A stretch of 64,000 nt of DNA from an uncultured Planctomycetota bacterium (GCA_963849325.1 CAWKHF010000005.1:736001-800000), one strand, 5' to 3'. Shown: positions 1 through 13,617, counted from the first letter of the stretch. Made by a program: numbers and translations. The notes: generated by a model not told the origin, from the letters alone.

Positions 1-839
1 GCTGCTCTCCAGGAACGCCTCGGCGCTGACGTCGCGTGTGCTGCCGTCGCTGTAGACGGCGCGGACGGCCATCTGCTGCTTCATGCCCGGCAGCGCGATG
101 ACGGCGCTTTCGGGGCAGCACCTCGACGCTCTGGACGCGCGGAGCGTTCAGGTCGAGCTTGACGCCGTCGGCGATCCAGGCGCGCAGCAGGTCGTAGTAC
201 GGCTCGCCCGGCTGCGTCAGCACGCCGCCGACGTGGGCGACGGTGCCGGTACACTTGAGCAGCATCAAGCTGGCGTCGGGAGCGGCCCGGTTGAAGCGGC
301 GGCCCTTGAGATCGTCCGTCAGCGCCCGGTGGTCGAAGATCGGATCGTAGCCGCGCAGCGACAGTTTGAAGCCGTTCTTGCCCTTCTGCGCTCCGTGACA
401 CGTTCCGGCGTTGCAGCCCATGCGCGACAGCGTCGGCATCACGTCGCGGACGAAGCTGACTTCGTGCTTGTCCTTCTGGCCCTTGACCTCGACGGGCAGC
501 GTCAACGTCTGCTCTTGCAGGCGGATCGTCGAGGGCGCCGCGGCCGTTGGCGACGGGCCGCACGACGCCGGTGTCGTTGACGCGGACGAGCGGCGCCGGC
601 GCCTCGATCTTCGCCAACCGCGTCACGTCGAGCTGTTCGCCGCCGGCGAGATGGGCGGTCAGCAAGAGCTGCGAATACTCGAAGGGCGTCTTCAGTTCGA
701 CGCGCGGCGGATGCGCTTCGAGCTTGACGACGCGGGCGCCGGGCGGCAGCGCCTCGGCCGGCTCAACGGCGGTGGCCACGGAGGCGAGACAACCCAGTGT
801 CCAGGCGACCAGAACGTATCGAGTCATGGCGGTCCTCAT
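1..839 (-). CDS. Secreted Ig-like (Big_2) + DUF1549/DUF1553-type planctomycete protein, N-terminal part (runs off window start; frameshifted near 520)
   Basis: Signal peptide. After the frameshift the frame reads VSFVRDVMPTLSRMGCNAGTCHGAQKGKNGFKLSLRGYDP, typical of this family. Adjacent to the cytochrome/WD40 partner. Confidence 0.75.
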
Positions 840-869
840 GTGATGTCAATGGTATTAGCCGTTTGCGGC

Positions 870-2345
870 TTAGCGCGCCCTGGCCGTCCGGGTCAGCGGC
901 ACAGGGATGAATTCCTTGACGACCTTGCCCGTCTTGGCGTCGCTCAGACGAACCACGCCATCGAAGCCGGCCGAGGCGACCACCTGGCCGTCGGGCCGGA
1001 ACGACACCGAATAAATCGGCCCGATGCCGGTCAACTTCGAGACGACCTTGCCGTCGGCGGTCTGGTAGACGCGCAGCTCGCCTTTGCCGTCGAGGCTGCT
1101 GCCGGCCGCGAACTGGCTGCCGTCGGCGCTGAACGCCAGGGCGTAGAGCAGGCCAGGCATCTTCTCGTAGTCGCGGACCTTGTTGGCGTCATCGCCGATG
1201 ACGCGCTTGCTGGTGCGATGCATCTTGTACAGGCGCGGCACGCCGTCGTCGCCGCCGATGAGCAGTTCATCGTACCACTTCTCGCTCTGGTCGGTGCCCT
1301 TGGCGGTGTTCTTGACCTTGTCGTCGCGCTGGACCGGATTGCGGGCCACGGCCAAAAGGCCGCCCTTGAGCGCTCCCGGCGTGATGCTGGTGACGTTGTC
1401 GATGAAGCGCTGCGTCGCCACCTCCGTCAGCTTCACCGAGCGGTCGCGGCTGATGGACGCCAGGAACGTCGAATCTTTCGAGAAGACGGTGCCGAGCACC
1501 CAATCGCTGTGCGCTCCCTGGAAGAGCACCTGCTTGCCGGTATCGGCTTCGATGGCGCGGACGCTGTTGTCGGCGCAGCCGAAGGCGAGCTTGTCGCCGT
1601 CGTGCGACCAGCTGACGCCGTAGATGGTGTCATAAGTGATCGGCACGGACAGCTTCAGCTTGCGTCGGGCCACGTCCCAGACCTGGATCTCGCCGAAGCG
1701 GCCGGGCGCGCCGCCAGCGACGGCCAACCGTTTGCCGTCCGGCGAAAAAGCGATCGCCTCGATGCGCTCCGACAGGCCGACGAGCCGGCCAACCAGGCCG
1801 GAGCCATCGCCCTTGTGCAACAGGACTTCGTGATAACCGGAGACGGCCAGCAGGTTGCCATCGGGCGAGTAAGCGATGCAGCTCAGGCCCGGCGACACGG
1901 CGTAAACCGGCGGGTGTTCGGCGTCGATGACCAGCTCCTGCGTCCGGGGCGTATCGTTCTTGGCCCCGGCCGCGATCCATTTCCGGATGATCTCGATGTC
2001 GGCGGCGGGCAGAGGGGCTTTGCCCTTGGGCATGGCCGGCTTCTTGCCCTTCTTGGGCAGCAGTTGATCGACGACCATGCTCTGCTCGGGATGTCCGGGC
2101 ACGATGCCGGGCTGATCGTGATCGCCCTTCTTGAGCAGATCGGCATAGCCGGTCATGACGTAGCCGCCCTGCGGCTTGGCCGGCTGATGGCAGCCCTGGC
2201 AGTGCTGCTGGAAGATGCGGCGGACGTCCTTGTAGTAGCTGACCTCACTCGTCCCTTTCGGGTCGGTGGGTTCGGCGGCGGCGGTGAACGAGGCGGACAG
2301 CGCCAGCAATCCGCCGGCGAGGAGGAGAGATCGGCCCGAAATCAT
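870..2345 (-). CDS. Planctomycete cytochrome c domain + WD40 repeat protein
   Basis: Signal peptide, CQGCH haem motif, MP..IRKWI motif, multiple WD40 repeats. Confidence 0.85.
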   Translation of the reverse strand: MISGRSLLLAGGLLALSASFTAAAEPTDPKGTSEVSYYKDVRRIFQQHCQGCHQPAKPQGGYVMTGYADLLKKGDHDQPGIVPGHPEQSMVVDQLLPKKGKKPAMPKGKAPLPAADIEIIRKWIAAGAKNDTPRTQELVIDAEHPPVYAVSPGLSCIAYSPDGNLLAVSGYHEVLLHKGDGSGLVGRLVGLSERIEAIAFSPDGKRLAVAGGAPGRFGEIQVWDVARRKLKLSVPITYDTIYGVSWSHDGDKLAFGCADNSVRAIEADTGKQVLFQGAHSDWVLGTVFSKDSTFLASISRDRSVKLTEVATQRFIDNVTSITPGALKGGLLAVARNPVQRDDKVKNTAKGTDQSEKWYDELLIGGDDGVPRLYKMHRTSKRVIGDDANKVRDYEKMPGLLYALAFSADGSQFAAGSSLDGKGELRVYQTADGKVVSKLTGIGPIYSVSFRPDGQVVASAGFDGVVRLSDAKTGKVVKEFIPVPLTRTARAR

Positions 2346-2618
2346 GAAGCATTCCTCGGTAAGCGCTCGTGAGACGTAGGGATCGCCGCAAACGGCTCGG
2401 TGGCAAGCCGCCCGCGGATTTCCTTCAGGGTGGAAGGCAGCGTGGAGGGCGGGTCGTTTAACTCTTGAGGATTATCTTCGCACATGGACGGTCGGCGTTC
2501 AAGGATTTTTCTGGCGGAGAGGAGAGTTTTTCCGAGGGCGCGGCGCGAACCGACATTCCCCGTCGCCACGGTGGCCGGTTAGAATGCCGGTGAATTCCGA
2601 ACAAGAGGAGTCTGAATC

Positions 2619-3182
2619 ATGGCCACCGTTGCGACCGCGATGACCACGGAAGAGATGCTCGCCCTGCCCGACAACGGCATGGAACGCTGGCTCATCGCCG
2701 GTGAACTGAGGGAACGTCCCATGACGGTACGCAATCGCTTTCACAGCCGCGCGATGATTCGGGTCGGGAAGTTTCTCGACAACTGGCTCGATGAGCAGCC
2801 CTCGCCGCGCGGCCAGATACTCGGCGGTGAGGCCGGAGTGCGGTTGAGCCACGATCCCGACACAACTGTGGGCGTCGATGTCGTGTACGTCTCCTCCGAG
2901 GTCATCGTCCGCCAGACGGGCGAGACAAGTCTGATCGATGGCGTGCCGACGCTGGCCGTCGAGATCCTCTCGCCCAACGACACCGTGGAGGACATTCATG
3001 AGAAGCTGACGGCTTACCGGCTGGCCGGGGTGCCGCTGGCCTGGGTGCTCGATCCCTACAACCGCACGGTGATGGTGCATCGGCCCGATGCCGAGCCGGA
3101 GCTGTTCAACGTCCGTCAGGAGCTGTCCGGCGAGCCGCACCTGCCGGGTTTCCGCGTGCCGGTCGCTCGTCTGTTTGAGTGA
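2619..3182 (+). CDS. Uma2 (DUF820) family PD-(D/E)xK endonuclease-like protein
   Basis: DVVY...P.LAVEILSPND...K...Y...GV...W.LDP and LPGF motifs; GAGGAG RBS. Confidence 0.9.
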   Translation: MATVATAMTTEEMLALPDNGMERWLIAGELRERPMTVRNRFHSRAMIRVGKFLDNWLDEQPSPRGQILGGEAGVRLSHDPDTTVGVDVVYVSSEVIVRQTGETSLIDGVPTLAVEILSPNDTVEDIHEKLTAYRLAGVPLAWVLDPYNRTVMVHRPDAEPELFNVRQELSGEPHLPGFRVPVARLFE

Positions 3183-3210
3183 TGACCGCGAACTCTTTGT
3201 CTACCACAAC

Positions 3211-3264
3211 TAGCCCGGAGCGCAAGCGAGGGGAGGAAAAACCCGTCGCTTGCGCTCCGGGCTA
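3211..3264. repeat. REP-like palindrome, family B (TAGCCCGGAGCGCAAGCGA)
   Basis: Inverted arms; related copy at 11982. Confidence 0.85.
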
Positions 3265-3305
3265 ATATGTTTGAAAGTAGTTCCTGCGACCTACGGAGAA
3301 CAACC

Positions 3306-5979
3306 ATGCGTCGGCTCGGTCCCTATACCCTGGCCTTGTCCCTGCCCCTGGTCCTCGTGCTAACGACGAGCGGCGACGCGCCGGCGGAGCGGACGATCGC
3401 CTACCGCGGCGCCCGCATCCTGACTGCGGCCGGCGCTCCCATCGACAAGGGCGTCCTCGTCGTGCGCCGGGACAAAATCTTCGCCGTCGGCGCCGAGGCC
3501 GACACAGCCATTCCCGAGGGGGCGGAAGTCATCGATCTGACCGGCAAGACGATCATCCCCGGCCTGGTGGATACGCACTCGCACATCGGCATCTGGCCGC
3601 GTCCGCACGTGCCGGCGCACAACGACGGCAACGAGGGCAGCGGGCCGGTGCAGTCGAGCCTGCGCGCCCTCGATGCCATCCAGCCGGACGACCCCGGCAT
3701 TCGCATGGCCGTCGCCGGCGGTGTTACCACGGCCAACATCATGCCCGGCTCGGCCAACGTCATCGGCGGACAGACCGTCTACGTCAAACTGCGCGGCCGA
3801 ACCATCGAGGACATGCGCGTGCGCTCGCCGATGGTTCTGGGCGGCTTGAAGATGGCCAACGGCGAGAACCCCAAGCGTTGGAACTTCGAGGGCCGCAAAA
3901 TGGCGCCGGCCACGCGCATGAAGATCGCCGCCCTGCAGCGCGAGCAGTTCACCAAGGCCCGCGATTATCTGCGGCAGTGGCAGCGTTATCGCCAGGCCAA
4001 GGCCGAGGGCAAGGACGCGACGCCGCCCGAGACCGACCTCGGCCTGGAACCGCTCGTCGAGGTGCTGCAGCGCAAGCGCACCGTCCACTTCCACAGCCAT
4101 CGCGCCGACGATCTGATGACGGCGATCCGGTTGTCGAAGGAATTCCACTTCGAGCTAGTGTTGCAACACTGCACCGAGGGTTATCGCATCGTGGATGAGT
4201 TGGTCCGCGAGAAGATCCCGGTATCGCTGACGCTGGTGGATAGTCCCGGCGGCAAGCTCGAAGTGGCGGGCCTGCTCGAAGAGAACGCCGCCCTTCTCGA
4301 CAAGGCCGGCGTCCAGGTCGCCATCAACACGGACGATTCGATCACCGAATCGCGCTTCCTGCTGCGGACAGGCGCCATCGCCGTGCGCGGCGGCATGTCC
4401 GAGGCGGTGGCCCTGTGCGCTCTGACGATCAACGGCGCGCGCATGTTGCACCTGGACGATCGGCTCGGTTCGCTGGAGAAGGGCAAGGAGGCCGATTTCG
4501 TCGTGCTGTCCGGCCCGCCGTTTAGCGTCTACGCGCACGTCTTGCAAACCTACATCGACGGCCAATGCGTCTTCGATCGGAGCAAACAACAAGATTGGTC
4601 CTACCAGGTGGGCGGCTTCGCCCTGCGCCAGCGCGAACGACTGCCGAGGACGCCGTCGCTGATCAAGCCCCAGGCCGAAGCGGCTCTGCGCACGCCTATC
4701 CTCCGCGTGGGCCAGAAGCCCTGGAACCGCAATGTGCCGCGCTTCGCCATCCTGGCCTCAAGCCTCCACACGGTTAGCCACGGAACCCTCCACGGCGGCA
4801 TCGTCCTCGTCGAAGACGGCAAAATCAAGGCCGTCGGTCCCGCCGAGGACGTGAAGGTGCCCGATGGCTGGCCCATCCTGACGGCGGCCGTGGTGACACC
4901 GGGCTTGATCGACGCCCACACCGTCGTCGGTCTCTCGGGAGCGGCCAACGTCGGCGCCGACCAGGACCAGGACGAGATGAGCGATCCGAATCAGGCGGAT
5001 TTGCGCGTGCTGGACAGCTTCAATCCGCGTGAGCCGCTTTTGGAGTTCGTCTGCCGCGAAGGCGTCACCGTGGTCCACGCGGTCCCCGGCCGGGCCAACG
5101 TCCTCGCTGGGCAGACGGGCATCTTCCGCACCTCGGGGCGGACGGCCGAGAGCATGACCCTGCGCTTCCCGGCCGGTCTACTCGTCAATCTCGGCGAAGC
5201 GCCCAAGTCCGCGTACAGCAATCGCCAGCCGACGACGCGCATGGGCACCGCTGCTCTGCTACGAACGGCATTGACACAGGCACGAAATCACGCCCGCAAG
5301 CTCGCCGCCGCCAAGAACGACGACAAACGCCCGCCGCACAACCCGAAGCTGGAGGCGCTGGGTCTGGCCTTGCAGGGCAAGCTGCCGGTCCTCTTCGCCG
5401 CCCATCGGGCCGATGACATCAACACCGCCCTGCGCTTGGCCAAGGAGTTCCAGCTGCGACCGCGTTCTGGAGTTGGCGACGGAGGGCTATCTGCTGGCCG
5501 ATCGTCTGGCCGAGGCGAAGGTGCCGGTGGTGGTGCATCCGACCATGCAGCGGCCCGGCTCGATGGAGACGTATCACAGCCACCTCGGCAACGCGGCGGT
5601 GCTGGCCGATCACCACATTCCGCTGGCCATCGGCACCGGCTTTGAGGCGTACGTGCCCAAGACGCGCGTGCTTCGCCACGAGGCGGCGATAGCGATGGTC
5701 AACGGACTCGGCTACGACCGTGCCCTCCGTGCCGTCACCCTCGACGCCGCCCGTATCCTCGGCATCGACGCCGAGCGCGGCAGCATCGAGAAGGGCAAGA
5801 CCGCGGATCTCGTCTTGTTCGACGGCGATCCATTCGAGCACGCCACGCACGTAACGCACACGCTGATCGATGGTCGAGTCGTCTATGACCGTGGCGAGTA
5901 TCTGAAACTGCCGTTCGCTCGGCGGGCGATGCCGCTGACGGGCGGCAGCGGCGTCGGCTGCTGCCTGGGGATGTGGTGA
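3306..5979 (+). CDS. Tandem two-domain amidohydrolase (frameshift near 5460)
   Basis: PGLVDTHSH and PGLIDAHT motifs, two GS(L/I)EKGK.AD.V motifs; ORFs 3267 and 5413 join. Confidence 0.85.
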
Positions 5980-6036
5980 GAAGTGTCGGGTGCATAGGCG
6001 GGCACGGGGTTTGCACATCCATCCAATAGGTTCCCC

Positions 6037-6093
6037 GTTTCGCCGCGATGCGCAGCGGAGCGCGATGCGCTCCGCTGCGCGTCGCGGCGAAAC
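6037..6093. repeat. REP-like palindrome, family A (GTTT[A/C]GCCGCGACGCGCAGCGGAGCGCG)
   Basis: Inverted arms, one of 9 copies. Confidence 0.9.
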
Positions 6094-6120
6094 GAAGTTC
6101 GTTTTGGAAAGGAGTGCGTT

Positions 6121-6650
6121 ATGAACCGTGCAATCGCACTGTTGACCGGAGCGGGCCTGGGTGCGGGGTTGATGTACTTTCTCGACCCTCGGGCGGGCCG
6201 GCGTCGTCGGACCACCCTACGCGATCGGACGATTCGCATGGCCCGCGAAACCCGCGAAGCGGCCCGAGTGATCTCCTGCGACATGAGGAACCGGTGCAGG
6301 GGCTGGCGGCCGGCGACTTGTCGGTGCTCGTCGGCGGTCGGCGGGCGCTGAGCAATCCCTTGCGCGGCGGCTGGTCACCGTCGGCGCGGGCCTTGATGAC
6401 CCTCGCGGGCAGTGGCCTGTTCCTGAGTGGGCTGACGCGAAACGCTCCAACGGCATGCGTCATGGGTACGGTTGGCCTGGCCCTGATCGCGGAGGGCGTC
6501 AGCAACATTCCCATCGAGGACATCCCGCACGTCCCGCAGAAGGTGGCCGGCAAAGTCACGGAGATGGCCGATCGGTTCGGTATTGGCGGGCGGATGTCAG
6601 CGGACGGACATGCGCGGCGAATGCCCCAGCCAGCCGGCGCAGGTGAGTAA
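6121..6650 (+). CDS. YtxH-like / DUF2892-like membrane protein (frameshift near 6290)
   Basis: GAGLGAGLMYFLDPRAGRRRR motif; continuation W.PSARALM...G.GL in the other frame; AAGGAG RBS. Confidence 0.65.
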
Positions 6651-6664
6651 AAGTGTGTCCCCAA

Positions 6665-6708
6665 GCCGCTTGCGGCCTGGCGGTCTTCCCCGCCAGGCCG
6701 CAAGCGGC
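6665..6708. repeat. Palindrome, family I (GCCGCTTGCGGC), possible terminator
   Basis: Hairpin; related sequences at 43354, ~857, ~15957 and ~58945. Confidence 0.7.
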
Positions 6709-6808
6709 GAAGACGTTTCGGTCCCCATTTCCTGTTTGTGTTCCGGCCGGGCTTGCGTTAGACTCATCCCCGGATACATTTCCGGTCGTCCAGGGAGCAG
6801 GCTGCGTC

Positions 6809-7187
6809 ATGTCGGAACCGCCGTTCAAGCACGTGTGTTGCTCGGTGATTGTCCTTCGCATTGGGCCGGCCCAGTTGGTGGGCGAAGCTGTCGCCGACGC
6901 CATGCGCGAGGAGTTTTTGACTGCGCAAGCTGGTGGGGGCGCGGAATGTCGTGATCGATTTCCAGCCGGTGACGTACCTGTCCAGTTCCAGCTTTCGGCC
7001 GTTGCTGAGCCTGTTGCGCGAGGTGCGCGACGGGGGCGGACGCCTGGTGCTGTGCAACCTCAACCGCGACGTGCATGAGATCTTCAGCGTGACGCGCTTG
7101 ATCGCCACCAACGACTCGACGCCGGCTGCCTTCGAGGTACAGGCAGACGTGCCGGCCGCCGTCGCCAGCCTGCAACTCCCCGTTTAG
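6809..7187 (+). CDS. STAS domain anti-sigma factor antagonist (frameshift near 6935)
   Basis: VVIDF..VTYLSSS..R.LL...GGRLVLCNL...V.EIFSVTRL. Confidence 0.8.
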
Positions 7188-7246
7188 CCGCGACGTGCAG
7201 CGGAGCGCGGGACTGTCCCGCGCTCCGCTGCGCGTCGCGGCTAACC
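7182..7246. repeat. REP-like palindrome, family A
   Basis: Inverted arms; contains the TAG stop of the STAS gene. Confidence 0.9.
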
Positions 7247-7329
7247 GAAGTCGTATCTGACGTTCCTGCCGTTCGCGCCTGTCGTACCGTGGCCTCTTTG
7301 GCGGGACGTCGAATCCGTCGATGATTTCC

Positions 7330-7358
7330 TTGTGAGGGAGGGAAGGAGTTCCTATAAT
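7330..7358 (+). promoter_or_regulatory. Sigma70-like promoter of purF
   Basis: TTGTGA-17 bp-TATAAT. Confidence 0.55.
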
Positions 7359-7433
7359 CGGAATATGTCCTTTTGCCAAATGGATTGCCCAGCAGCCTGA
7401 GATGACTGTCATCCCTCGCCGGGGGTTCCCTGG

Positions 7434-9033
<1,600 letters not shown>

Positions 9034-9161
9034 TACCGGCCGTTCGCCGAAAATTCCTTCAAGAATTCGACGTCCCCGGTCGATACAGACGAGGAGCGGG
9101 TCGGCAATGCTCCCTCCGCGGGCAGCGTCCGCGCCCGCCTGGAACAGAGGAGACGCCGCCC

Positions 9162-9797
9162 ATGGACGGGCTCGATCTCGCGGCGTTCCGGGCCACGCCC
9201 TTGACCCGGGAGCCTTTTCCCTTTCTCGTCGTCCCCGGATTCATCAAGCCGTCGGCGCGGCAACAGGTCAACGCCGATTACCCCCGTATCGACGACCCCG
9301 GCAGTTTCCCGGTGACGGGGCTGACTTACGGACCCGGCTTCGGTCAGCTGCTGGACGAGCTGCGCGGCCCGGCCTTCCGATCGGCCTGCGAGGAAAAATT
9401 CGGTCTCGACCTGGGCGGCCGCAGCACCATGATTACGGTGCGCGGCCGTTGCGGCACGCGCGACGGCAACATCCACACCGACGCCGTCAACAAGATCATC
9501 ACCGTGCTGCTGTACATGAATCCGACGTGGGAGCAGTCCGGCGGACGGCTGCGCCTGCTTCGCTCCGGCAACGACATCGAGGATGTCATTGTCGAGGTGC
9601 CGCCGACGGAAGGAACGCTCGTCGCCTTTCGCCGCCGCGACAATTCGTGGCACGGCCACAAGCTGTTCATCGGGCCGCGCCGCGTCATCCAGTTCAACTG
9701 GGTGGCCAATCAGGGTTATCAGCGTCGGGAGTTCCTCCGCCATCGGGTGTCGGCGTGGATGAAGAGGACGCTGGCGATGTTCCGTCGCTCGGCCTGA
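9162..9797 (+). CDS. 2OG-Fe(II) oxygenase
   Basis: HTD...LLYMNP.W...GG.L...SWHG...R motif set. Confidence 0.8.
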   Translation: MDGLDLAAFRATPLTREPFPFLVVPGFIKPSARQQVNADYPRIDDPGSFPVTGLTYGPGFGQLLDELRGPAFRSACEEKFGLDLGGRSTMITVRGRCGTRDGNIHTDAVNKIITVLLYMNPTWEQSGGRLRLLRSGNDIEDVIVEVPPTEGTLVAFRRRDNSWHGHKLFIGPRRVIQFNWVANQGYQRREFLRHRVSAWMKRTLAMFRRSA

Positions 9798-9831
9798 ACC
9801 CAGGGCGATTTGCCGTTCGCCAGGAGATCGC

Positions 9832-10981
9832 GTGAACACGTCTACCTTGCGCAACCGGCCGTTCGAGCGCATCCTGCTCATCAAGCCGTCGGCGGTGGGC
9901 GACGTCATTCACGCCCTGCCGGTGCTGGCCAAGCTGCGGACCCGCTATCCGTCGGCGCGAATCGACTGGCTGCTGACGCCGGCCATCGCCGAGTTGGTCG
10001 GCCGCCATCCGGCCTTGTCCAACGTTGTCCTGTTCGACCGCGGCGCACTGGCCCGCGGTTGGCGGGGTTGGTCGGCCGGCGTGCTGCGCATGTTGGCCGG
10101 ACTGTGGCGGACGCGCTATGACCTGGTGATTGACTTGCACGGCCAGTTTCGCTCGGCGGTGCTGACGCTGGCGGCGCGGGTGCCGGTGCGGCTCGGCTTC
10201 GATCGGCCCTTCGCCGGCCCGCGCTCGGCCGGCGACCGTCGGCTCATCGCCAACGCCTATCGGCACGGCTGGACCGGCGCCCGCGAAGGCGCCTGGCTGG
10301 CGTACACCCATCGCATCCCTCTGCCTCGCTCCGACGTCCACGCGGTTGATCGCTATCTCTCGCTCGGCCCCATCCTCGGATTGGACGAGGGACCGCCGGA
10401 TTTTCACGTGCCCATCCCCCCTCACTCGGCGGCGCGCATCGAACGTCTTGCTGAGCCAGCACGGACTGCGGGGCCAACCGTTCGCCGTGCTGGTGCCGGG
10501 GACGATCTGGCCGACCAAGCACTGGCACGTCGAGGGCTTCGCGGCCGTGGCGCGCCATCTGCGCGGCAGCGGACGAAGGGTCGTGCTCGCCGGCTCGGCG
10601 AGCGAACGGCCGCGCTGCCAGGCCGTGTCGGACCTCGCTCCCGGTGTGGTGGACCTGTCGGGACAAACCACGCTCTCGGAGCTGGCCGCGCTCATCCGCG
10701 GAGCGGATTTGTGCGTCACCAACGATTCCGGCTCGATGCACCTGACGGTGGCGCTGGGACGCCCGATCGTCAGCGTGTTCGGGCCAACCGATCCGGTATG
10801 GATCGGGCCTTACGGCCGGCCCGGCAGCGTGGTCCAGGCCCATCTCCCTTGCGCCCCCTGCTATTTTCGACAGCTGCGCGCTTGCCCGCACAACCACGCC
10901 TGCATGACCGAGGTCACGGCCGGCATGGTCATCGAGCGCATCGAACAGATCCTTGGCGGCGGTCGCCGCGTCAGCGCGTAG
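9832..10981 (+). CDS. Glycosyltransferase family 9 (LPS heptosyltransferase-like; frameshift near 10450)
   Basis: ILLIKPSAVGDVIH, YDLVIDL, NDSG.MHL..ALG.P.V.VFGPT. Confidence 0.9.
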
Positions 10982-10989
10982 TGTTTTCG

Positions 10990-11064
10990 TCCGAGCCTGA
11001 AGCGTAAGCGAAGAGAGCGATAACCGAAGGTTATCGCTCTCTTCGCTTACGCTTCAGGCTCGGA
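10990..11064. repeat. REP-like palindrome, family C (GAGCCTGAAGCGTAAGCGAAGAG)
   Basis: Perfect 36-bp arms with 3-nt loop; second copy at 34135. Confidence 0.9.
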
Positions 11065-11982
11065 GCGGCCGGCGCTCCGCCTGCGCTGGTGGCGTTCGTG
11101 GCGCCGCTGGTAATTCCATGCTTGCAGACGGATGATGCGGCGCAGCCAGCGCACCGCGCGGCGGCGGCGAGTGTCGCCGAAGTACAGACGCCAGAACCCC
11201 AGGCGGTCGCGGACGTCCACGCCGGGCAGGTCGGACGAATAAAGTAGTTGAGCGAGGTCTTTAATCCTCCACCAAGGCCAGGTCCAGCGGTGATGGCCGA
11301 GGCGGTGCAGATCGATGAGGTGGACGCGGCCGCGCCAGTCGGGCAGGCGGCGCGTGTCCTCCTCGTCGATGTAGAAGTGGCAGAGATAGAGATCCTTGTG
11401 GAACCAACGGCGATCGTGGAGACGGCGGCTCAGCGCGACCATCTCCCGGACCAGGCCGCGCTTCCAGAGGCGGAACGTCGCCGGATCGAGCCGCTGGGCC
11501 GCCAGGGGAACGGCCTCGTGCAGCGCCAGCATGTTGGTCAGCTCTTCGACGGCGAGGAAACTTTGCAGCCGGCCCCAGGGTCCGATGAATTCGCCGCCCG
11601 CCGCGGCCACGGGCACCGGCAGGCCCGCCGCCCGCGCCTGTTCCAGGTGCGCCCATTCCTGCATGGCCGGCGACCAGTCGCCCTCCGGCCAGAGCAGCGC
11701 CAGCAGTCCGTGCCACCACGGCAGCCGATAGTGACGTTTGAGATAGACCACGAGCCGCCGGCCGTCCGAACGCAGGGACCAGCGGCCGATGGTGCGGCCT
11801 TGCTTGGCGTGGAAGCGGTCGGTGACGGCCGCGTGCATGATGTGCTCGGCCCAGTCGGGACCGGCGAGGTCGGGCCAGTGCGGCTGCTGGCGCAAGCGAC
11901 GCACACCGCGAAAAAGACGCTGCCAGAGGGTGCCCGTCACGAGTGTCCTCCTGACAACCGGCGCTTCGACACCTTTTCTCAC
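11047..11982 (-). CDS. LPS kinase (WaaP/Kdo/InaA family)
   Basis: YLKRH, HKDLYLCH and LIDLHR...KDLAQL motifs of WaaP-like kinases. Confidence 0.85.
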   Translation of the reverse strand: MRKGVEAPVVRRTLVTGTLWQRLFRGVRRLRQQPHWPDLAGPDWAEHIMHAAVTDRFHAKQGRTIGRWSLRSDGRRLVVYLKRHYRLPWWHGLLALLWPEGDWSPAMQEWAHLEQARAAGLPVPVAAAGGEFIGPWGRLQSFLAVEELTNMLALHEAVPLAAQRLDPATFRLWKRGLVREMVALSRRLHDRRWFHKDLYLCHFYIDEEDTRRLPDWRGRVHLIDLHRLGHHRWTWPWWRIKDLAQLLYSSDLPGVDVRDRLGFWRLYFGDTRRRRAVRWLRRIIRLQAWNYQRRHERHQRRRSAGRSEPEA

Positions 11983-12035
11983 TAGCCCGCGAGCGCCAGC
12001 GACGGGTTCTCACCCGTCGCTGCGCTCCGGGCTAG
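11982..12035. repeat. REP-like palindrome, family B
   Basis: Inverted arms CTAGCCCG...CGGGCTAG. Confidence 0.8.
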
Positions 12036-12048
12036 CAAGGGATCTCGT

Positions 12049-13421
12049 CTAAGCGGCGAGCGGTCCCGGCGTTGCTCGCGCTTCGGCGCCGAGCTGCAAT
12101 CGGCCGCGACGCCTCAACAGCACAACCCCGACCAGCCACAGGAGCAAATTACCGTACATGGCCGAGCCGCAATCGCGCAAAAGGTTCATGTTCGGCAGTT
12201 GCGGCAGCAGATTGGCGAGCGCGTTCACGGCCAGCAAGGCCCACAGCCACGCAGGCAGCGACAACCCCTCCTGGCGCTGCCAGCGCTCGGCCAGGATCGC
12301 CGCTACCAAGGGCAGGGCAAGGCTGAAGTAGTGCAGATGACAAACGGGGCTGACCAGCAGCATGTCCAGTACGAGCAGGCCGAAGAACGCCACCATGTCG
12401 ATGCCGTCGTCGCGCCGCCGCCAGCCGAACGCCGCCAACGTCGTCAGCGTCAGCAGGCCGCCCAGCAGGTGGCTGACCAGCCGCACGGCCGGCGGCGCCT
12501 TCGGCGGCCGCTTGGTGAAGTCCGGATAAAGCGTGTTGTGCAGCGCCGTCAGGATCGATTGTCCCTCGGTCGCAGTCTGGTTGGTCAACTCCTCGCGCGC
12601 GAGGCGTCTGCGCCGCTGCCCAGACCGGGCAGCAGGACGGTTTGGGTCATCTCGCCGTAACACCGAACGGTGCGCGTCGGTCCCAGGACGGCCACGGGGA
12701 TGACGATCAGTCCGACGATCAGGCCGGTGGCGCAGCCGGCCAGGCAGCGGCCGTCGCGCCGCCACAGCGGCAACAGCAGCAAGTACGCCGGGATGATCTT
12801 CACGCAGATGGCCGCCGCCAGCCACAGCCCGGCGCGAAAGCGCCGGCCGTCGAGCAGGTCCGCCAGAAAGCCGGCGAACAGGGCCAGCAGCAGCAGGTTG
12901 ACCTGGCCGCGGCTGAGCGTGTGTCCGATCGGGATAAGGCAGGCCAGCAGCGGCCACAAGCGCAGCGCCCACCAACCGCGGCTGCGCGGCGAGCCGACCA
13001 GCGAATACGGGCCGGTCGCCGTCCGCTCCAGCGCCCCGGCCAGGTGATGGACGGCGAAGGCCAGCAAAAGCAGATTGAAGACGTAGCACAGGGCAACCGA
13101 GACGGAATAGGGGACCATGCCCGCTCGGTCGGCGCCGGCGGGCGGGTCGGCCAGGGGGGCGGCGAGGATGGCCAACAGTGGCGGATAGTGGTAGTGGAAG
13201 CCGTTGTCGTCCGTGACGTCGTACAGGTCGGCGTCGGCGCGAACGGCCCAACCGGCGCGGAGGAAGACGTTCAGGTCGCCCTTGCGCGTCTGCTGCAAGG
13301 CCGAGCGGATTTCGACCACGACGCCGAAAACCACGAGGACGGTAAGGAAGGCGGCGAGGGCGAGCCATTCCACACGGCTCGGAGGCGCCTGTCGGGAGCC
13401 GGCCGTTGGTGATCCATCCAT
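12049..13421 (-). CDS. Glycosyltransferase family 87 (GT-C) membrane protein (frameshift near 12595)
   Basis: D..VF..AG, Y.YPP, GQVN, K..P and LVSPV..HY motifs; many TM helices. Confidence 0.8.
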
Positions 13422-13617
13422 GACGACGACGACCTCTCTCCAGGGGACGTGGTGTGCCCGCCGCACGGGACGGGTCGTCCGTGATACTCCCGCGACTGTC
13501 CGCGTGTCAACCCGGACCTCGCCGTTCGACGAGACAGCGGCTTCTCGGATTCACCCGCCCGAACGGTTGTGCTACCATTGAAGCGTCCCCGTCCCGGAGG
13601 GGGCAGGAGAACAGACC

